Numbered from the stretch's first letter, positions 1 through 11,195 are shown. The stretch is 64,000 nt of DNA from an uncultured Acidobacteriaceae bacterium (GCA_963822225.1 CAWGGW010000002.1:772489-836488); one strand, 5' to 3'. Notes: generated by a model from the letters alone, not told the origin. Numbers and translations: made by a program.

Positions 1-22
1 TTGCACGGCGAATGCGAGTCAT
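1..22 (-). CDS. 5' end of a gene running off the window (MTRIRRA...)
   Basis: ATG at 22-20 on the minus strand, preceded by a GAGGAG RBS. Only 7 codons are visible. Confidence 0.35.
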
Positions 23-89
23 ACGAGTCTCCTCAATAATTTATAGACACTCAGCATACCGCGCCGGATGGGTGATCGCCGGCCCGCGT

Positions 90-119
90 TTGGCGATGAA
101 CGCGATGGGTTGCTATACT
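90..119 (+). promoter_or_regulatory. sigma70-type promoter upstream of tRNA-Phe
   Basis: TTGGCG (90-95), an 18-nt spacer, and an extended -10 TGcTATACT (111-119). Confidence 0.5.
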
Positions 120-222
120 TAGAGGGACGCTGGAAACCCGCCGACGACACAGTCTTATGCGGACGTCCTGCTCCCCGCCGCGGGCTACACTTGGCTGTCC
201 CGAATCAGGCGCTCCATGCCAA

Positions 223-297
223 GGCCAGATAGCTCAGTGGTAGAGCGCGGCCCTGAAAAGGCCGGCGTCGGCGGTTCGATCCCGTCTCTGGCCACCA
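223..297 (+). tRNA. tRNA-Phe(GAA)
   Basis: Acceptor GGCCAGA/TCTGGCC, D-arm AGCTCAGTGGTAGAGC, anticodon arm CGGCC-CTGAAAA-GGCCG, T-loop GGTTCGATCC, encoded CCA. Confidence 0.97.
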
Positions 298-447
298 CTC
301 CTTTCGACAGCTTAAGACTTTTCCTACAGAGCACGGGTCGCCCGTGACTCTAATGTCCTGTCTAATCAGTCATATAACTCCCTCTAAAGAACAATTAATA
401 ACTTTTGATCCGGATTGATGACTTCAAGCCGGCCGGTCGTGTCTAGT

Positions 448-467
448 GCCTTCATATCAATGAAGGC
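448..467. promoter_or_regulatory. perfect inverted repeat, candidate operator or hairpin
   Basis: GCCTTCAT-atca-ATGAAGGC, 25 nt before the ATG at 493. Confidence 0.4.
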
Positions 468-492
468 CTGACGCTTCCCGCCGGAGCTCCGC

Positions 493-822
493 ATGACGCC
501 GTCGCTTCACAACCTCTTGTCCGACGCAGACGAACCGATCAACAGAACGGTGGTTCACCGCCGTGTTGAGGTCACGGTCGAGCGCGAGGTCGTCTCCGTC
601 GTCTACCAACCGGCGCCGAACATCACCGGGCGGTGTGAGCAGTGCGGCAAGGATGTCCTGCTTCTGAGTGCAGACGCTGCAGCAGCAACCCGGAGCATCT
701 CCCCACGGGAAATCTACCGCTGGATCGACGAAAACAAGGTTCACTTCCAGGAATCTCCGACCGGAACTGTCTTCATCTGTTCCGAGTCGCTGAAAACGGT
801 CCCCCCGAAGGAGTTGCCATGA
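493..822 (+). CDS. small CxxC + excisionase/MerR-like helix-turn-helix protein
   Basis: CEQC motif, SISPREIYRWIDENKVH HTH-like segment and a later Cys. The stop overlaps the next ATG (ATGA 819-822). Confidence 0.7.
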   Translation: MTPSLHNLLSDADEPINRTVVHRRVEVTVEREVVSVVYQPAPNITGRCEQCGKDVLLLSADAAAATRSISPREIYRWIDENKVHFQESPTGTVFICSESLKTVPPKELP

Positions 823-3800
823 GAACCGAAGCCCCAAAGGCCACGTCCGCGAATCACAGCAAGCATTTATTTCGCCAGAGTCTTGTCACCTGCTTTCGAT
901 CTCGGACCTGTTTCTGCCTGGGCGTAGCTCTTGTCATATTCATGGCCGCGGCATCGCAGAGCGTTTTGGGCCAGGTGGCGCAACTCCAGTTCACGCCGTC
1001 GCAGCTAAAAGTCATAGCCGGAACCGGCTCGGGCACGGTAAACGGCACCGGTGACGGCGGCCCGGCGCTATCCGCGACTTTTGATGCGCCTGCCAGCGTT
1101 GCCCAGGACGCGTCGGGAAACATCTATGTGGTCGATCAGGACGCCAACTACGTTCGCAAGTTCGATGTCAATGGCAATATCACGGCGTTCGCCGGTGTAC
1201 CCGGCTACGGACCGGGCAGCTTTAGCGGAGACAACGGACAAGCCACACTGGCTCACCTCAGCAACCCGATCGGGATTGCAATCGACTCAGCAGGCAATGT
1301 CTACATCGCCGACTATGGCAATTTCCGCATCCGTAAGGTCGTTCCGTCCACAGGCATCATCACGACCTACGCCGGAACAGGCAACGGTTTTTTCACCGGC
1401 GCCAACGCACCCAACACGGTGATTCCCGGACCGAACGGCATCGCATTCGATTCGGCTAATAATCTCTATATCGCCTGCACCAACTCGTCCCTCGTCTTAA
1501 AAATAACGCCTGCGGGCGTCACCACTATTGTCGCCGGCGTGATCGGCACCAGCGGCAGCGGCACTCCTGGTTACAACGGCGACAACATCCTCGCCAATAC
1601 CGCAGAGGTCTACTTCCCGAACAACGTTGCCACCGATCAGGCGGGGAATGTCTACATCGCTGACACCAACAACAACCGCGTCCGTAAGATCACCGTCTCG
1701 ACAGGAATGATCACTACGGTCGCCGGCAATGGAACCGCAGGCGACACCGGCGATGGCGCCGCCGCGACCAGCGCAGAGATCTATGCGTCAGGGGTCGCTC
1801 TCAACCTGGCTGGGGACATCTTTATCCCTTCCAACTCAAGTGGAAATGCGCCTTACTTCGATGCGATGCGAAAGGTTGATGTAAACGGCAACATCAGCAC
1901 CGTCGCGGGCGGCGGTACTGGCCCTACGGGCGGCGAGGCTACGTTAGCCCAGTTGGGCGGAATCGGCTACCCGGTCGTTGACAGCAATGGAACATTGATC
2001 ATTCCCGACTACGGCTCCAACCTCAACACCGACGCCGTGCTCACCACCGGGCCGGCTGGCTATCTCCAGTTCGGCAGCATCAATGTAGGGAGCACCAGCG
2101 CGCCTCAAACCATCGTTTTCGAGAACACCGGCAACGCCAGGTTGACCCTATCGCAGACGACCTATTCAGCGACAGGTGCATTCAACGTCACCGGAGGTAC
2201 CTGCGTCGGCCTCACCTCCCTTGCCTCCGGCGCAACATGCACATTGACGGTCACATTTACTCCAACTTCCGCAACAACATTTACAGGCTCCATCGCAGTC
2301 AATAGCAACGGCACCATCGCCGCACAGACCATCTCTCTTGCAGGTACTGGCGTCTCTGTGCCCGCGCCTGTTGTATCGCTCAGTCCATCTCCTCTGGCGT
2401 TCGGCAATCAGACTGTCAACACGACCAGTTCGCCAGCGAAGGTAGTCGTGTTGATGAACACTGGCAACGCTTCGCTCACTGGCATCGCTATCTCCGTCAC
2501 CGGGACCAACGCCAACGCATTTGGACTGAACAGCAGTGCGTGTGGGACCACCTTAACTGCTGGAGCCAGTTGCAATATCTCACTCGACTTCGCCCCCACC
2601 ACTGTGGGTGCCAACTCCGCAAGCCTCAGCATTTCCGACAGCGCCACCGGGTCGCCACAGACGGTTCCACTCACTGGAACCGGAATCGCAGCCAACGTCG
2701 TCGCTCCGTCGCCGCTGGTCTTCAACCCAGCGCCCGTCGGCATCTCGGCTGCCTCAGCGCAGACGTTGACGGCTACGTTTCAGGTAAATGGCTTCGCCGC
2801 AGGCTTCACGCCCACGGCCCAACTCCACTACGGCCTCAGCTACAGCATTGGAGCGGTAAGTTGCACAGGAACAGCAGGCAGCGAAGCCTGTTCCGTCCCC
2901 GTCACCTTCCAGCCGCAGTATCCTGGCGGTCGCAGAGACGCTATCTTCCTGATGAACGGGACCACGCGCCTTTCCACTCTGCTGATCTACGGCATCGGCC
3001 AAGCTCCATTCGCGATGGTTCAGCCCGGCGTTGTCACCAACCCGATCCTGAATAACGCAAACTACCTCTACACGTCCATCGTCGACGAAAACGGCACCGT
3101 CTACATCCTGGGCGATAACTCAAATACTGTTTATACCGTTACCAAAGCCGGAGTGACGGGCACACTGCCGATCACCGGTCTCAACTCCCCGCGCGGCATC
3201 GGCATCGACGGCGCCGGTGTTCTCTACATCGCCGACCAGACCTACAACGGCCCGACCATCACCTGGGACACGGTCCAGAACGTGCGCGGCACCGTTCCAT
3301 TCCCCGTTCCGTCCGTCTATATTCAGAGCCTCACGGTAGGTAACACCGGCAACATATACGAAACCGATAGCGTCAACGTTTACACATTACCTATCGTTGG
3401 TTCGGGCACCGCTTCGACGAAAGCCATCAACCCCGCCATCACCCAGGCCTCCATCATGGCGGTCGACAGCAACGAGAACGTATTCGTAGCCGGCTATCAG
3501 ATCAACGAAATCACCTCAGGCGGCACGGAGACTCAAGTCAACACCATCGGCGCCGGGGACGGCCTCGGTGTGGACGCAGCAGACACGCTTTACGCCACTC
3601 GGTACACGGGAACAGGCGGCGTCGCTGAACTCCCGGCTACAGGTTACGGCACACTTGAGGCCTCACTGGATCCCACCGCGCCCCCTCTTGGAGCGTCCGT
3701 AGGTCCTGACGGCACTGTGTATGTGGGCAACTACACCAATCTGGACAAAGTCGATCGTACGCGGGGACTGATCGCATTTGGCGAGCAGAACCAGGCTCTC

Positions 3801-6558
3801 GGAACAGCGGGCACACCGCAGATTGTTACCATCTACAACGGCGGCAATCAGACGCTGACGATTTCCAACATCGCGATTACCGGCAACCCATTCAGCATAC
3901 AGGCGGCGACTGGCACCAACTGCACTGGCGGAAGCACAGTCGCCCCCGGCGCGCTTTGCCAGATCGCCGTAGTGGTAACGCCTCAGCATGCCGGTGTTTT
4001 CAACGGCAGCATTACTGTCACCAGCAACTCGCTGAACACGACAGCCACGACGCAAACAATCGCGCTTACCGCCTTCACATATGGTGTGTACGTAACTCCT
4101 TCGCCCACGTCTCTCACCTTTCCCAATCAGATCGTAAACACCGCCAGCGCCGCTCAGACCATCACGCTCACCAATAACGGAGATCTCTACAGTGCCAGTC
4201 TGGGCACCCCAACTTCTACAAGCCCCGTTTACTCAATCGGCCTCGGGACCTGCACTTCAGGAGTTGCGGTCGGCGCGAGCTGCAATCTCAGCATCACATT
4301 TACTCCCACCGCAGCGCAGGCGTACAACAACGTTACAGTCAGCGTGCCCTACTCCAGTTCAGGCGGAGGTACCCCGCCCACGCCGATCTCCTTCACGCTC
4401 AATGGCACCGGGATTCCCGCGACTGCGCCTGTCGCCGCGCTGAGCCCTAACCCGCTTGCTTTCCCGAGTACGACGGTGGGTTCGTCTGCGACGGCTCTGC
4501 CGGTGACGTTGTCGAACACCGGTAACGCAACGCTCACCGGGATATCTTTTAGCATCGTCGGAGCCAATCCCACAGATTTTGCGACCACTTCAGCTTCAAC
4601 CTGCGGCCCAACGCTCGCCGCCGGCACGACCTGCACCATCTACGTCAGCTTCACTCCGGCATCCGTCGCCGGATTCACCGCGGCTCTCTCCGTCTCAGAC
4701 AATGCAGCGGGTTCCCCGCAGACCGTCACGCTTACCGGCACAGGCACAGCCGCTCCCACGCCACAAGCTGTCCTCAGTCCTAATCCGCTCTCATTCCCTG
4801 GAACGCTGGTCGGTACAGCGGCGGCAGCGTTGCCAATGACACTGTCGAATCCTGGAACTGCCGCGTTAGGTATTACCAGCATCTCAGTAGCCGGAGCCAA
4901 CGCCAGCAGCTTCGGCCAGAGCAATAACTGCGGCGCTTCGCTGGCTGCGGGATCCACCTGCACCATCACTGTCACCTTCACTCCGTCCGCTACGGGCAGC
5001 CTAACCGCCGCCGTCTCGGTCACCGACAATGCGACTGGATCGCCGCACACCGCCTCCTTGACTGGAACCGGAACGGCGCCTCAAGCCACTCTCACTTCAA
5101 GCACACTAGCTTTCCCAGCCGCGCTGGTTGGAACCTCGGCCGGCTCGCTGACTACGACGCTGTCGAATCCAGGAACCGCAGCGCTGACGACGACCGGCAT
5201 CTCGATCACCGGAACCAATGCCAGCAGCTTTAGTCAATCCAACAACTGCGGCACATCACTCGCGGTAGGCGCTACCTGCACCATTACCGTCTCGTTTACT
5301 CCTGTCTCTGCAGGCAGTCTTAGCGCCACGCTCTCGGTCGCTGACAACGCAACCGGATCGCCACAAACGGCTACGCTTACCGGAACGGGAACGGCCCCGC
5401 AGGCTACCCTGAGCCCGAATCCTCTAGCCTTCGCTAACACCACCGTCGGCTCGTCCGCAACAGCACTCCCCATGACGCTCTCCAATCCTGGAACCGCAGC
5501 GCTTGCGATCACCAGCATCTCCGTCACAGGCACCAACGCCAACAGCTTCGGCGAAACCAATAACTGCCCCGCGTCGCTGGCGGCTGGAGCAACCTGCACC
5601 ATTACAGTTAGCTTCACTCCAGCCTCTGCCGCCGCACTCGCGGCTGCGATCTCCGTCGCCGACAGCGCTTCTGGCTCACCGCAGACTGCCACGGTTACCG
5701 GTACGGGCACCGCCCCGCTCGTGCCCCAAGCTGTTCTAAGCCCGAACGGGCTCACGTTCCCCAGCACCACCATCAACACCCCGGCTACAACTCTCCCCGT
5801 GACGCTGTCGAATCCAGGCAACACCGCCCTCGCCATTACCAGCATCTCGATTACCGGGGCAAACGCCAGCAACTTCGGCCAAACGAATAACTGCGGCGCC
5901 TCACTCGCGGCCGGAGCAAGCTGCACTATCACCGTAAGCTTTAATCCAACTTCGGCGGCTAGCCTCTCAGCCTCCGTCTCCGTTGTTGACAACGCCGCCG
6001 GCTCTCCACAATTGGACGCTATCACGGGCATAGGTAGTGCCGGAACGTATGTCGTCAACGCATCTACTCCTTCGGCTACCACACAGCCGGGGGGCGTAGC
6101 TCAGTTCAACCTTGTTGTTGCCCCGCTCGGAGGAAGCTTCAATAATCTGGTCAATCTCTCCGCCACGGGCCTCCCCGCCGGGGCACAAGTTTCGTTCGCA
6201 CCGCCCGCAGTCATTCCCGGAACCGCAGGCGCGCCGAGCGTGATGTCCATCCAGACGTCCTCAGGCCTCGCACGTACGGCTCTCCCAGAATTCAAATCGG
6301 CAGAGGGATTTCCCTCTGCTGGCACTCCTCGCCGGTCTCCCCCTCATGGGTCTTGCCGGCAACCTCCGCCGGCTCCGCAGGTCCAGTCAACGATGGATGC
6401 TCCTGGGTCTCGCAGCGCTGGCGATCCTTCCCATGCTGGTACTTGGCGGATGCGGCGGAGGTTACTTTGGTCCTGCTCCTCAGACGTACAACATCACCGT
6501 GACCGGAACCAGCGGCACGCTCCAGGAATCAACAACCATCAGCCTGACCGTGCAGTAG
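819..6558 (+). CDS. giant secreted surface protein: two NHL beta-propeller regions plus many ASH/choice-of-anchor-D-like Ig domains, ending in a membrane hairpin and lipobox (frameshift near 6295)
   Basis: Signal peptide; NHL repeats (P.GIA.DS.GNVYIAD..N.RIRK); Cys-paired Ig repeats (LSNPGTAAL.ITSISVTG...NNCG.SLA.GA.CTITV.FTP). The natural C-terminus lies in the +1 frame (ORF 6346..6558). Confidence 0.85.
4430..6030 (+). repeat. tandem ~300-bp coding repeats (Ig domains)
   Basis: Recurring CTGTCGAATCC(A/T)GGAAC...AA(C/T)AACTGCGGC...TGCACCAT(C/T)AC blocks, about five closely related units. Confidence 0.8.
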
Positions 6559-6569
6559 GAGATGAACAG

Positions 6570-7169
6570 ATGCGCTTCGACAAGACAGTTTCCCTCACGG
6601 CCTTCATCGCACTCTCGGTCGCCCTTTTTGCCCAGTCTCTCTCCGCGCAGGAAACTTTCGGCGTTGAACCTGGCCAGACGCCGGTGTTGGAGACTAGCGT
6701 GGGCTACACCTTTATTCACGCTAATGCTCCTCCGGGCCAATGCGGCTGCTTCTCGGCAAACGGCGGTTATGGGTCAGTTGTGTTCCATTTGCCTCGCAAC
6801 TTCGCACTGGTTGCAGATCTCGCAGCCGTGCATTCCACCAACGTCGGTTCTGCACCTCAGTCGATCACCGTCTTCAACTACCTCTTTGGCCCGCGGTACA
6901 CGTTTCGCCCGCTCTTCAAACGCTACTTGCCGTACGGTCAGGCCCTCGGTGGAGGCTCGGAGGAATTCTCGAGTTATTCATCGGCACAGACCCTTCATGG
7001 AGCGGCCTTCAGCGTAGGCGGCGGGGTCAGCACGACAATCAAACCCCATTTCGGCTGGACCATCTTCGAGGCGGATTGGGTCCATTCCTACATACCGAAC
7101 GCGCAAAACAATCTTCAGAATGATCTCCGCGTCAGCAGTGGCCTGACCTTCCGTCTTGGTCCCCGATAG
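6570..7169 (+). CDS. small outer-membrane beta-barrel protein
   Basis: Own AGGAG RBS and signal peptide (MRFDKTVSLTAFIALSVALFAQSLSA), alternating beta-strands, NAPPGQCGCF loop, YLFGPRY motif, terminal GLTFRL strand. Confidence 0.85.
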   Translation: MRFDKTVSLTAFIALSVALFAQSLSAQETFGVEPGQTPVLETSVGYTFIHANAPPGQCGCFSANGGYGSVVFHLPRNFALVADLAAVHSTNVGSAPQSITVFNYLFGPRYTFRPLFKRYLPYGQALGGGSEEFSSYSSAQTLHGAAFSVGGGVSTTIKPHFGWTIFEADWVHSYIPNAQNNLQNDLRVSSGLTFRLGPR

Positions 7170-7497
7170 CAGACTAGTTAGCAAGAAAAAACCGCGGATT
7201 CACATGCGACAATTGCTAGCTTCCCAAGCCCGCCATAGGAGGAGCGGGACCGCGCCACGAGTGCTCGTTGGCGCCGAATGAATGTGCGCGCACAAAGTCC
7301 CTTCGGCACGCTATCTTGAATGCGGATAGCTCTAGACTGCCAGGTAGACCGCCAATCCGACAATTGGGATCGTCGCTACAACTGTGCTAAGTTGAATAGC
7401 CTTTGATTCCTGCGACCTGCCAGAATTGGATTAGCTTACAAATCATTCCCCTCAAGGAAATGTCAGTCGCTTGGAGCGCTGAACTGAGGTCTCATTG

Positions 7498-9189
7498 ATG
7501 CATGCAACCTGGTCTCAGTCTTACTATCTGTTCGGCATGGGCCTCGGACCTTCGGCCTTGCTTGCGGTCGTCCCCACACTATTGCTGCTTTACCTGCTCG
7601 CAGTCAAGCGCAAGGCCTCGTGGATAGCGGCACTCTCGGGACTCAGCGCAACACTGGTGCTGGCGAAACTGGCCTACGGCATGTCCCTGCGTCACACCGT
7701 CAGCAGCGCTGGTTATGGCGCCTGCTTCGGCATCTTTCCCATCTCATGGATTGTCTTCTGGGCTCTCGTCCTTTATGAGATCACCGTAACCACCGGCAAA
7801 TTTGAAATCATCAAGGACTCGATCGGCTCCATCACATCCGACAAACGGATGCAGGCGCTCCTCATCGCGTTCGCGTTCGGCGCCTTTATTGAAGGCTGTG
7901 CCGGCTTCGGAACTCCCGTCGCCGTCGCGGCCGCAATGATGGTCGGTCTCGGTTTCTCGTCGTTGTACGCCTCATCGATCTGCCTCCTCGCCAACACCGC
8001 TCCCGTCGCCTTCGGCTCCATCGGAATACCCGTGATCACCCTCGCCGGCATCACCGGCCTCCCTCTTTTGCGCGTAAACGGAGTCGCCGGCTTAAGCGGA
8101 GTCGCAGGCACCCTGACCACCCCGATTGCCTTCATTCTCCCGGCCTACCTGATCCTCGTCACCAGCGGTCTCGCGGCAACCATCGAAGTCTGGCCCGCAG
8201 TACTGACTTGTGGAACCGTCTTCGCTGCCACTCACTTTTACGTCTCCAATTTCATCGGTCCACAGCTGACAGACATACTTAGCTCCATCGGAGCCATGGC
8301 TGCACTCGTCCTGCTGCTCCGTTTTTGGGAGCCGCGCCACATCGACGCCCATGATCGCGACGTCGACGAATCCATGAAGCAGTCCTCGGACGAACTCCCT
8401 CTGCGCCAACACGACCTCCGCTCAGGCCCGCACTATTCAACGCGCCAAATCTGGCTCGCATGGATGCCTTACGCGCTCCTGGTAATCTTCGTCCTCGCCT
8501 GGGGATATCCCACCTTCGCAGCCATCCTCAATCGCGCAAATATCTCCTTTCCCTGGCCGGCACTGCACAACGAAATCCTCCGCATGCCGCCAGTGGTCCG
8601 CACTCCGGCGCGCTATGCTGCGGTCTTCAACTTCAACTGGCTCTCTGCCTCCGGCACCTCCTGCATGTGCGCCTCACTCCTCGCTGCAGCCTTCTCCGGC
8701 ATGGAGCCCCGCGCACTCGGCGCCATCATCCTCTCCGTCGCCCGCAAACTCATCCGCCCCACCATCACTGTAGCCTCCATGCTGGCCATGGCCTTCGTCA
8801 TGAACTACAGCGGCGCCACCGGAACCCTGGGCCTCGCCTTCTCCGCCACCGGCCGAGCCTTCCCATTCTTCAGCCCCATTATGGGATGGCTCGGTGTCTT
8901 TCTCACCGGCTCGGACACCTCCGCCAACGCGCTCTTCGGCAATTTGCAGGTCGTCAGCGCAACCCGCCTTGGCTTCGACCCCGTGCTCATCGCCGCGGCG
9001 AACTCCGCCGGCGGGGTTATGGGCAAGATGATCAGCCTGCAGACCATTGCAGTTGCGGCCGCGGCAACCGGAATGTCAACCGCCGACCAGTCGAAGCTAT
9101 TTCGCTTTACCCTGCGCCACAGCATCTTTTTGGCCGCTCTTGTCGGCGTCGAAGTCATGGTCTGTGCCTATGCCTTCCATCTCCGCTAA
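7498..9189 (+). CDS. lctP: L-lactate/glycolate permease
   Basis: FIEGCAGFGTP, ANTAPVAFGSIG, GVFLTGSDTSANALFG and GKMIS signatures. Confidence 0.92.
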   Translation: MHATWSQSYYLFGMGLGPSALLAVVPTLLLLYLLAVKRKASWIAALSGLSATLVLAKLAYGMSLRHTVSSAGYGACFGIFPISWIVFWALVLYEITVTTGKFEIIKDSIGSITSDKRMQALLIAFAFGAFIEGCAGFGTPVAVAAAMMVGLGFSSLYASSICLLANTAPVAFGSIGIPVITLAGITGLPLLRVNGVAGLSGVAGTLTTPIAFILPAYLILVTSGLAATIEVWPAVLTCGTVFAATHFYVSNFIGPQLTDILSSIGAMAALVLLLRFWEPRHIDAHDRDVDESMKQSSDELPLRQHDLRSGPHYSTRQIWLAWMPYALLVIFVLAWGYPTFAAILNRANISFPWPALHNEILRMPPVVRTPARYAAVFNFNWLSASGTSCMCASLLAAAFSGMEPRALGAIILSVARKLIRPTITVASMLAMAFVMNYSGATGTLGLAFSATGRAFPFFSPIMGWLGVFLTGSDTSANALFGNLQVVSATRLGFDPVLIAAANSAGGVMGKMISLQTIAVAAAATGMSTADQSKLFRFTLRHSIFLAALVGVEVMVCAYAFHLR

Positions 9190-9349
9190 TAGGGCACCCC
9201 GGCCATTTCAGGCAACGTCGGCCTGGTATTTCAACCTCGTGGGGCGGCGTTGGTGGACGGGTCTCAAAGAACGGCTCTCTTCGAGATGGCTGAGCTTCGA
9301 CCCTTATTCGATGTATCCCCGTCCAAGACGTTCGTCGTGAAATTTCGAC

Positions 9350-10597
9350 CTAGACGGTGTCCCAATTGACTGGCTCGACCCGCCGCACCAGCAGCCCCCA
9401 GGAACAGGCACCTGCCAACGCGACCCCGCCTGTCATCACAAACGCCAAGCGGGAACTTCCACTCTTCTGCATAATTAGTCCCGAGACCCACGGTGCAGCA
9501 ATCCCCGAGAGGTTCGCGACCCCATTCTGCAAACTAGCCCATCGTCCAGCCATCTGAGTACCCGCCAGCGTCTGAGTGATCGCCCAATGGTTCGACGCAA
9601 AGGCCCCGTAGCCCACGCAAGCCACTGCGATCACGCAAACGGAAAGCGCCAGATTTTGATGAATAAACGCTAGCAGCAATAGACTCGAAGCGACGCTCAG
9701 CCCGCCGATCACGGCTGCACGCCGAACCCGTGTCGCAGGATATCCAGCTGCAATCAGGCGGTCGGAGGTCCACCCAGTGGTCAGCGTAACTGTCGCGATC
9801 ACAAGAAACACGGCCGATGTGAGCCTGGACATCGACCCAATAGACATCTTCTCTTCGGCTACGAGGTATGTAGGAAGCCACGCTAGCAGAAAATAGAAAA
9901 AGTAATTCCCGCAGAAGTGCCCGAAGAATGCTCCCCAGGCGCACCTCAACCGCAGCAGCTTTGCGATTGACGGATGCGCTGTCGCATTCGTCTCTTCCGC
10001 TATGGGTTCAACGCGAGGCATCATCCTGATCCACGGCAACAGCCACACCAGCCCTACGCCGCCCAGCACGACGAAGAGCATTCGCCATCCCAGATGCACT
10101 AACAGCAGGCCACCAACGAATGCACCGATCGAAGGCCCGAGCTTGGTACCCACGTCAATCAACGAGTTCGCTCGCCCGCGATGTTCCTGCGGCAGTTCGG
10201 CGAACACCCGCGAGTAACATGGGTAGGCGACAGACTCACCAGCTCCAAGCAGCAATCTCATCGCGTAAATTGACGCGAAGCTTGATACCAGCCCGGTGGC
10301 AATCGTTGCGCCTGACCACACCAGGTAACCTCCAACCATCACCCAACCCACCGGAAAACGATCCGTCAACCACCCCACAACGCCAAACAACTGCATCAAC
10401 GAGTATGTCCAGAAGAAAGCCGACAGCAGCTCGCCAATCTGAACCGGGGACATTGCGAATTGTTGCTGGATCACGGGCATCGCCAGCGCCAGATTGCTAC
10501 GATCGATGTAGTTGATGACCACAGAAGCAACCAGCAGTAACACGATCGTCCACTCCCGGCGCGTCATTGGAGCGGCAGTTCCGGAAGTTCCGTCCAT
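9350..10597 (-). CDS. MFS transporter, ACS (hexuronate/sugar-acid) type
   Basis: INYIDRSNL, SAFFWTY and RLLLGAGES motifs; about 12 TM segments. Confidence 0.88.
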   Translation of the reverse strand: MDGTSGTAAPMTRREWTIVLLLVASVVINYIDRSNLALAMPVIQQQFAMSPVQIGELLSAFFWTYSLMQLFGVVGWLTDRFPVGWVMVGGYLVWSGATIATGLVSSFASIYAMRLLLGAGESVAYPCYSRVFAELPQEHRGRANSLIDVGTKLGPSIGAFVGGLLLVHLGWRMLFVVLGGVGLVWLLPWIRMMPRVEPIAEETNATAHPSIAKLLRLRCAWGAFFGHFCGNYFFYFLLAWLPTYLVAEEKMSIGSMSRLTSAVFLVIATVTLTTGWTSDRLIAAGYPATRVRRAAVIGGLSVASSLLLLAFIHQNLALSVCVIAVACVGYGAFASNHWAITQTLAGTQMAGRWASLQNGVANLSGIAAPWVSGLIMQKSGSSRLAFVMTGGVALAGACSWGLLVRRVEPVNWDTV

Positions 10598-10637
10598 CGG
10601 TGCCTTTCGCTCCGGAGATGAGAGTCACCGCGGTCGC

Positions 10638-11195
10638 TCAGCGATAAGTCTTGTCATCGATCTTCCCCAAATTAGTGTCGTCCATCACGCCAATCGTGAC
10701 GATCGCAAAGGTGAAAACCTCGTTGCCCTCTTCGAGATGCCCGGCGATTACCCGATCCGGAGTTGCAATTGTCATGTGTGCATGAATACGGCCGTTGATA
10801 ACATATCCGTTCATGCTTACCAGGTCTGCCGGCTGCGTCGGATTCTTCACAAACGTGTCCTCGCTTGGCATGTCGCGATTCGAAACTGTGTGGATTTCAT
10901 ATCCGCGCAGGGACCCAACCGCGGATAGAATCACGCCGTTCTGAATGTGCTGCTCCTTGATCACTCTGTTCATTCCATCCAGCAAGTTCGCTTTGTACTT
11001 CAGACGGATCAGCACGATCCTGTCAAAGTGCCCAACCAGCGCGTATGCATCCGGAACAGCGCTACTGTTTGCCTTGCTGTCATCAGTCGGATTCGCCGAA
11101 GGGTTCTTGATCGACCTCCGCGTCTCCTGCCCGTACAACGTACCGGCGGCTATCAGCACCGTTGCTAACACTCCGATCAGTCCATTCTTCATCAC
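10638..11195 (-). CDS. PPC/DUF296-domain protein with signal peptide
   Basis: SAVGSL, HAHMTIA and VIAGHLEEG motifs; N-terminal Sec signal. Confidence 0.8.
   Translation of the reverse strand: MMKNGLIGVLATVLIAAGTLYGQETRRSIKNPSANPTDDSKANSSAVPDAYALVGHFDRIVLIRLKYKANLLDGMNRVIKEQHIQNGVILSAVGSLRGYEIHTVSNRDMPSEDTFVKNPTQPADLVSMNGYVINGRIHAHMTIATPDRVIAGHLEEGNEVFTFAIVTIGVMDDTNLGKIDDKTYR

Noticed and set aside
223-500. tRNA-Phe as the attachment site of an integrated element
   Set aside because: No integrase and no duplicate of the tRNA 3' end were seen in the window.
4430-6030. Repeats as a CRISPR array or mobile element
   Set aside because: They are in-frame, degenerate protein-domain repeats with no repeat-spacer pattern and no cas genes.
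642-7169. Single 2175-aa ORF as one autotransporter gene
   Set aside because: The start is better placed at 819 (ATGA coupling and signal peptide). The barrel has its own RBS and signal peptide at 6570, and the fusion depends on a probable indel.
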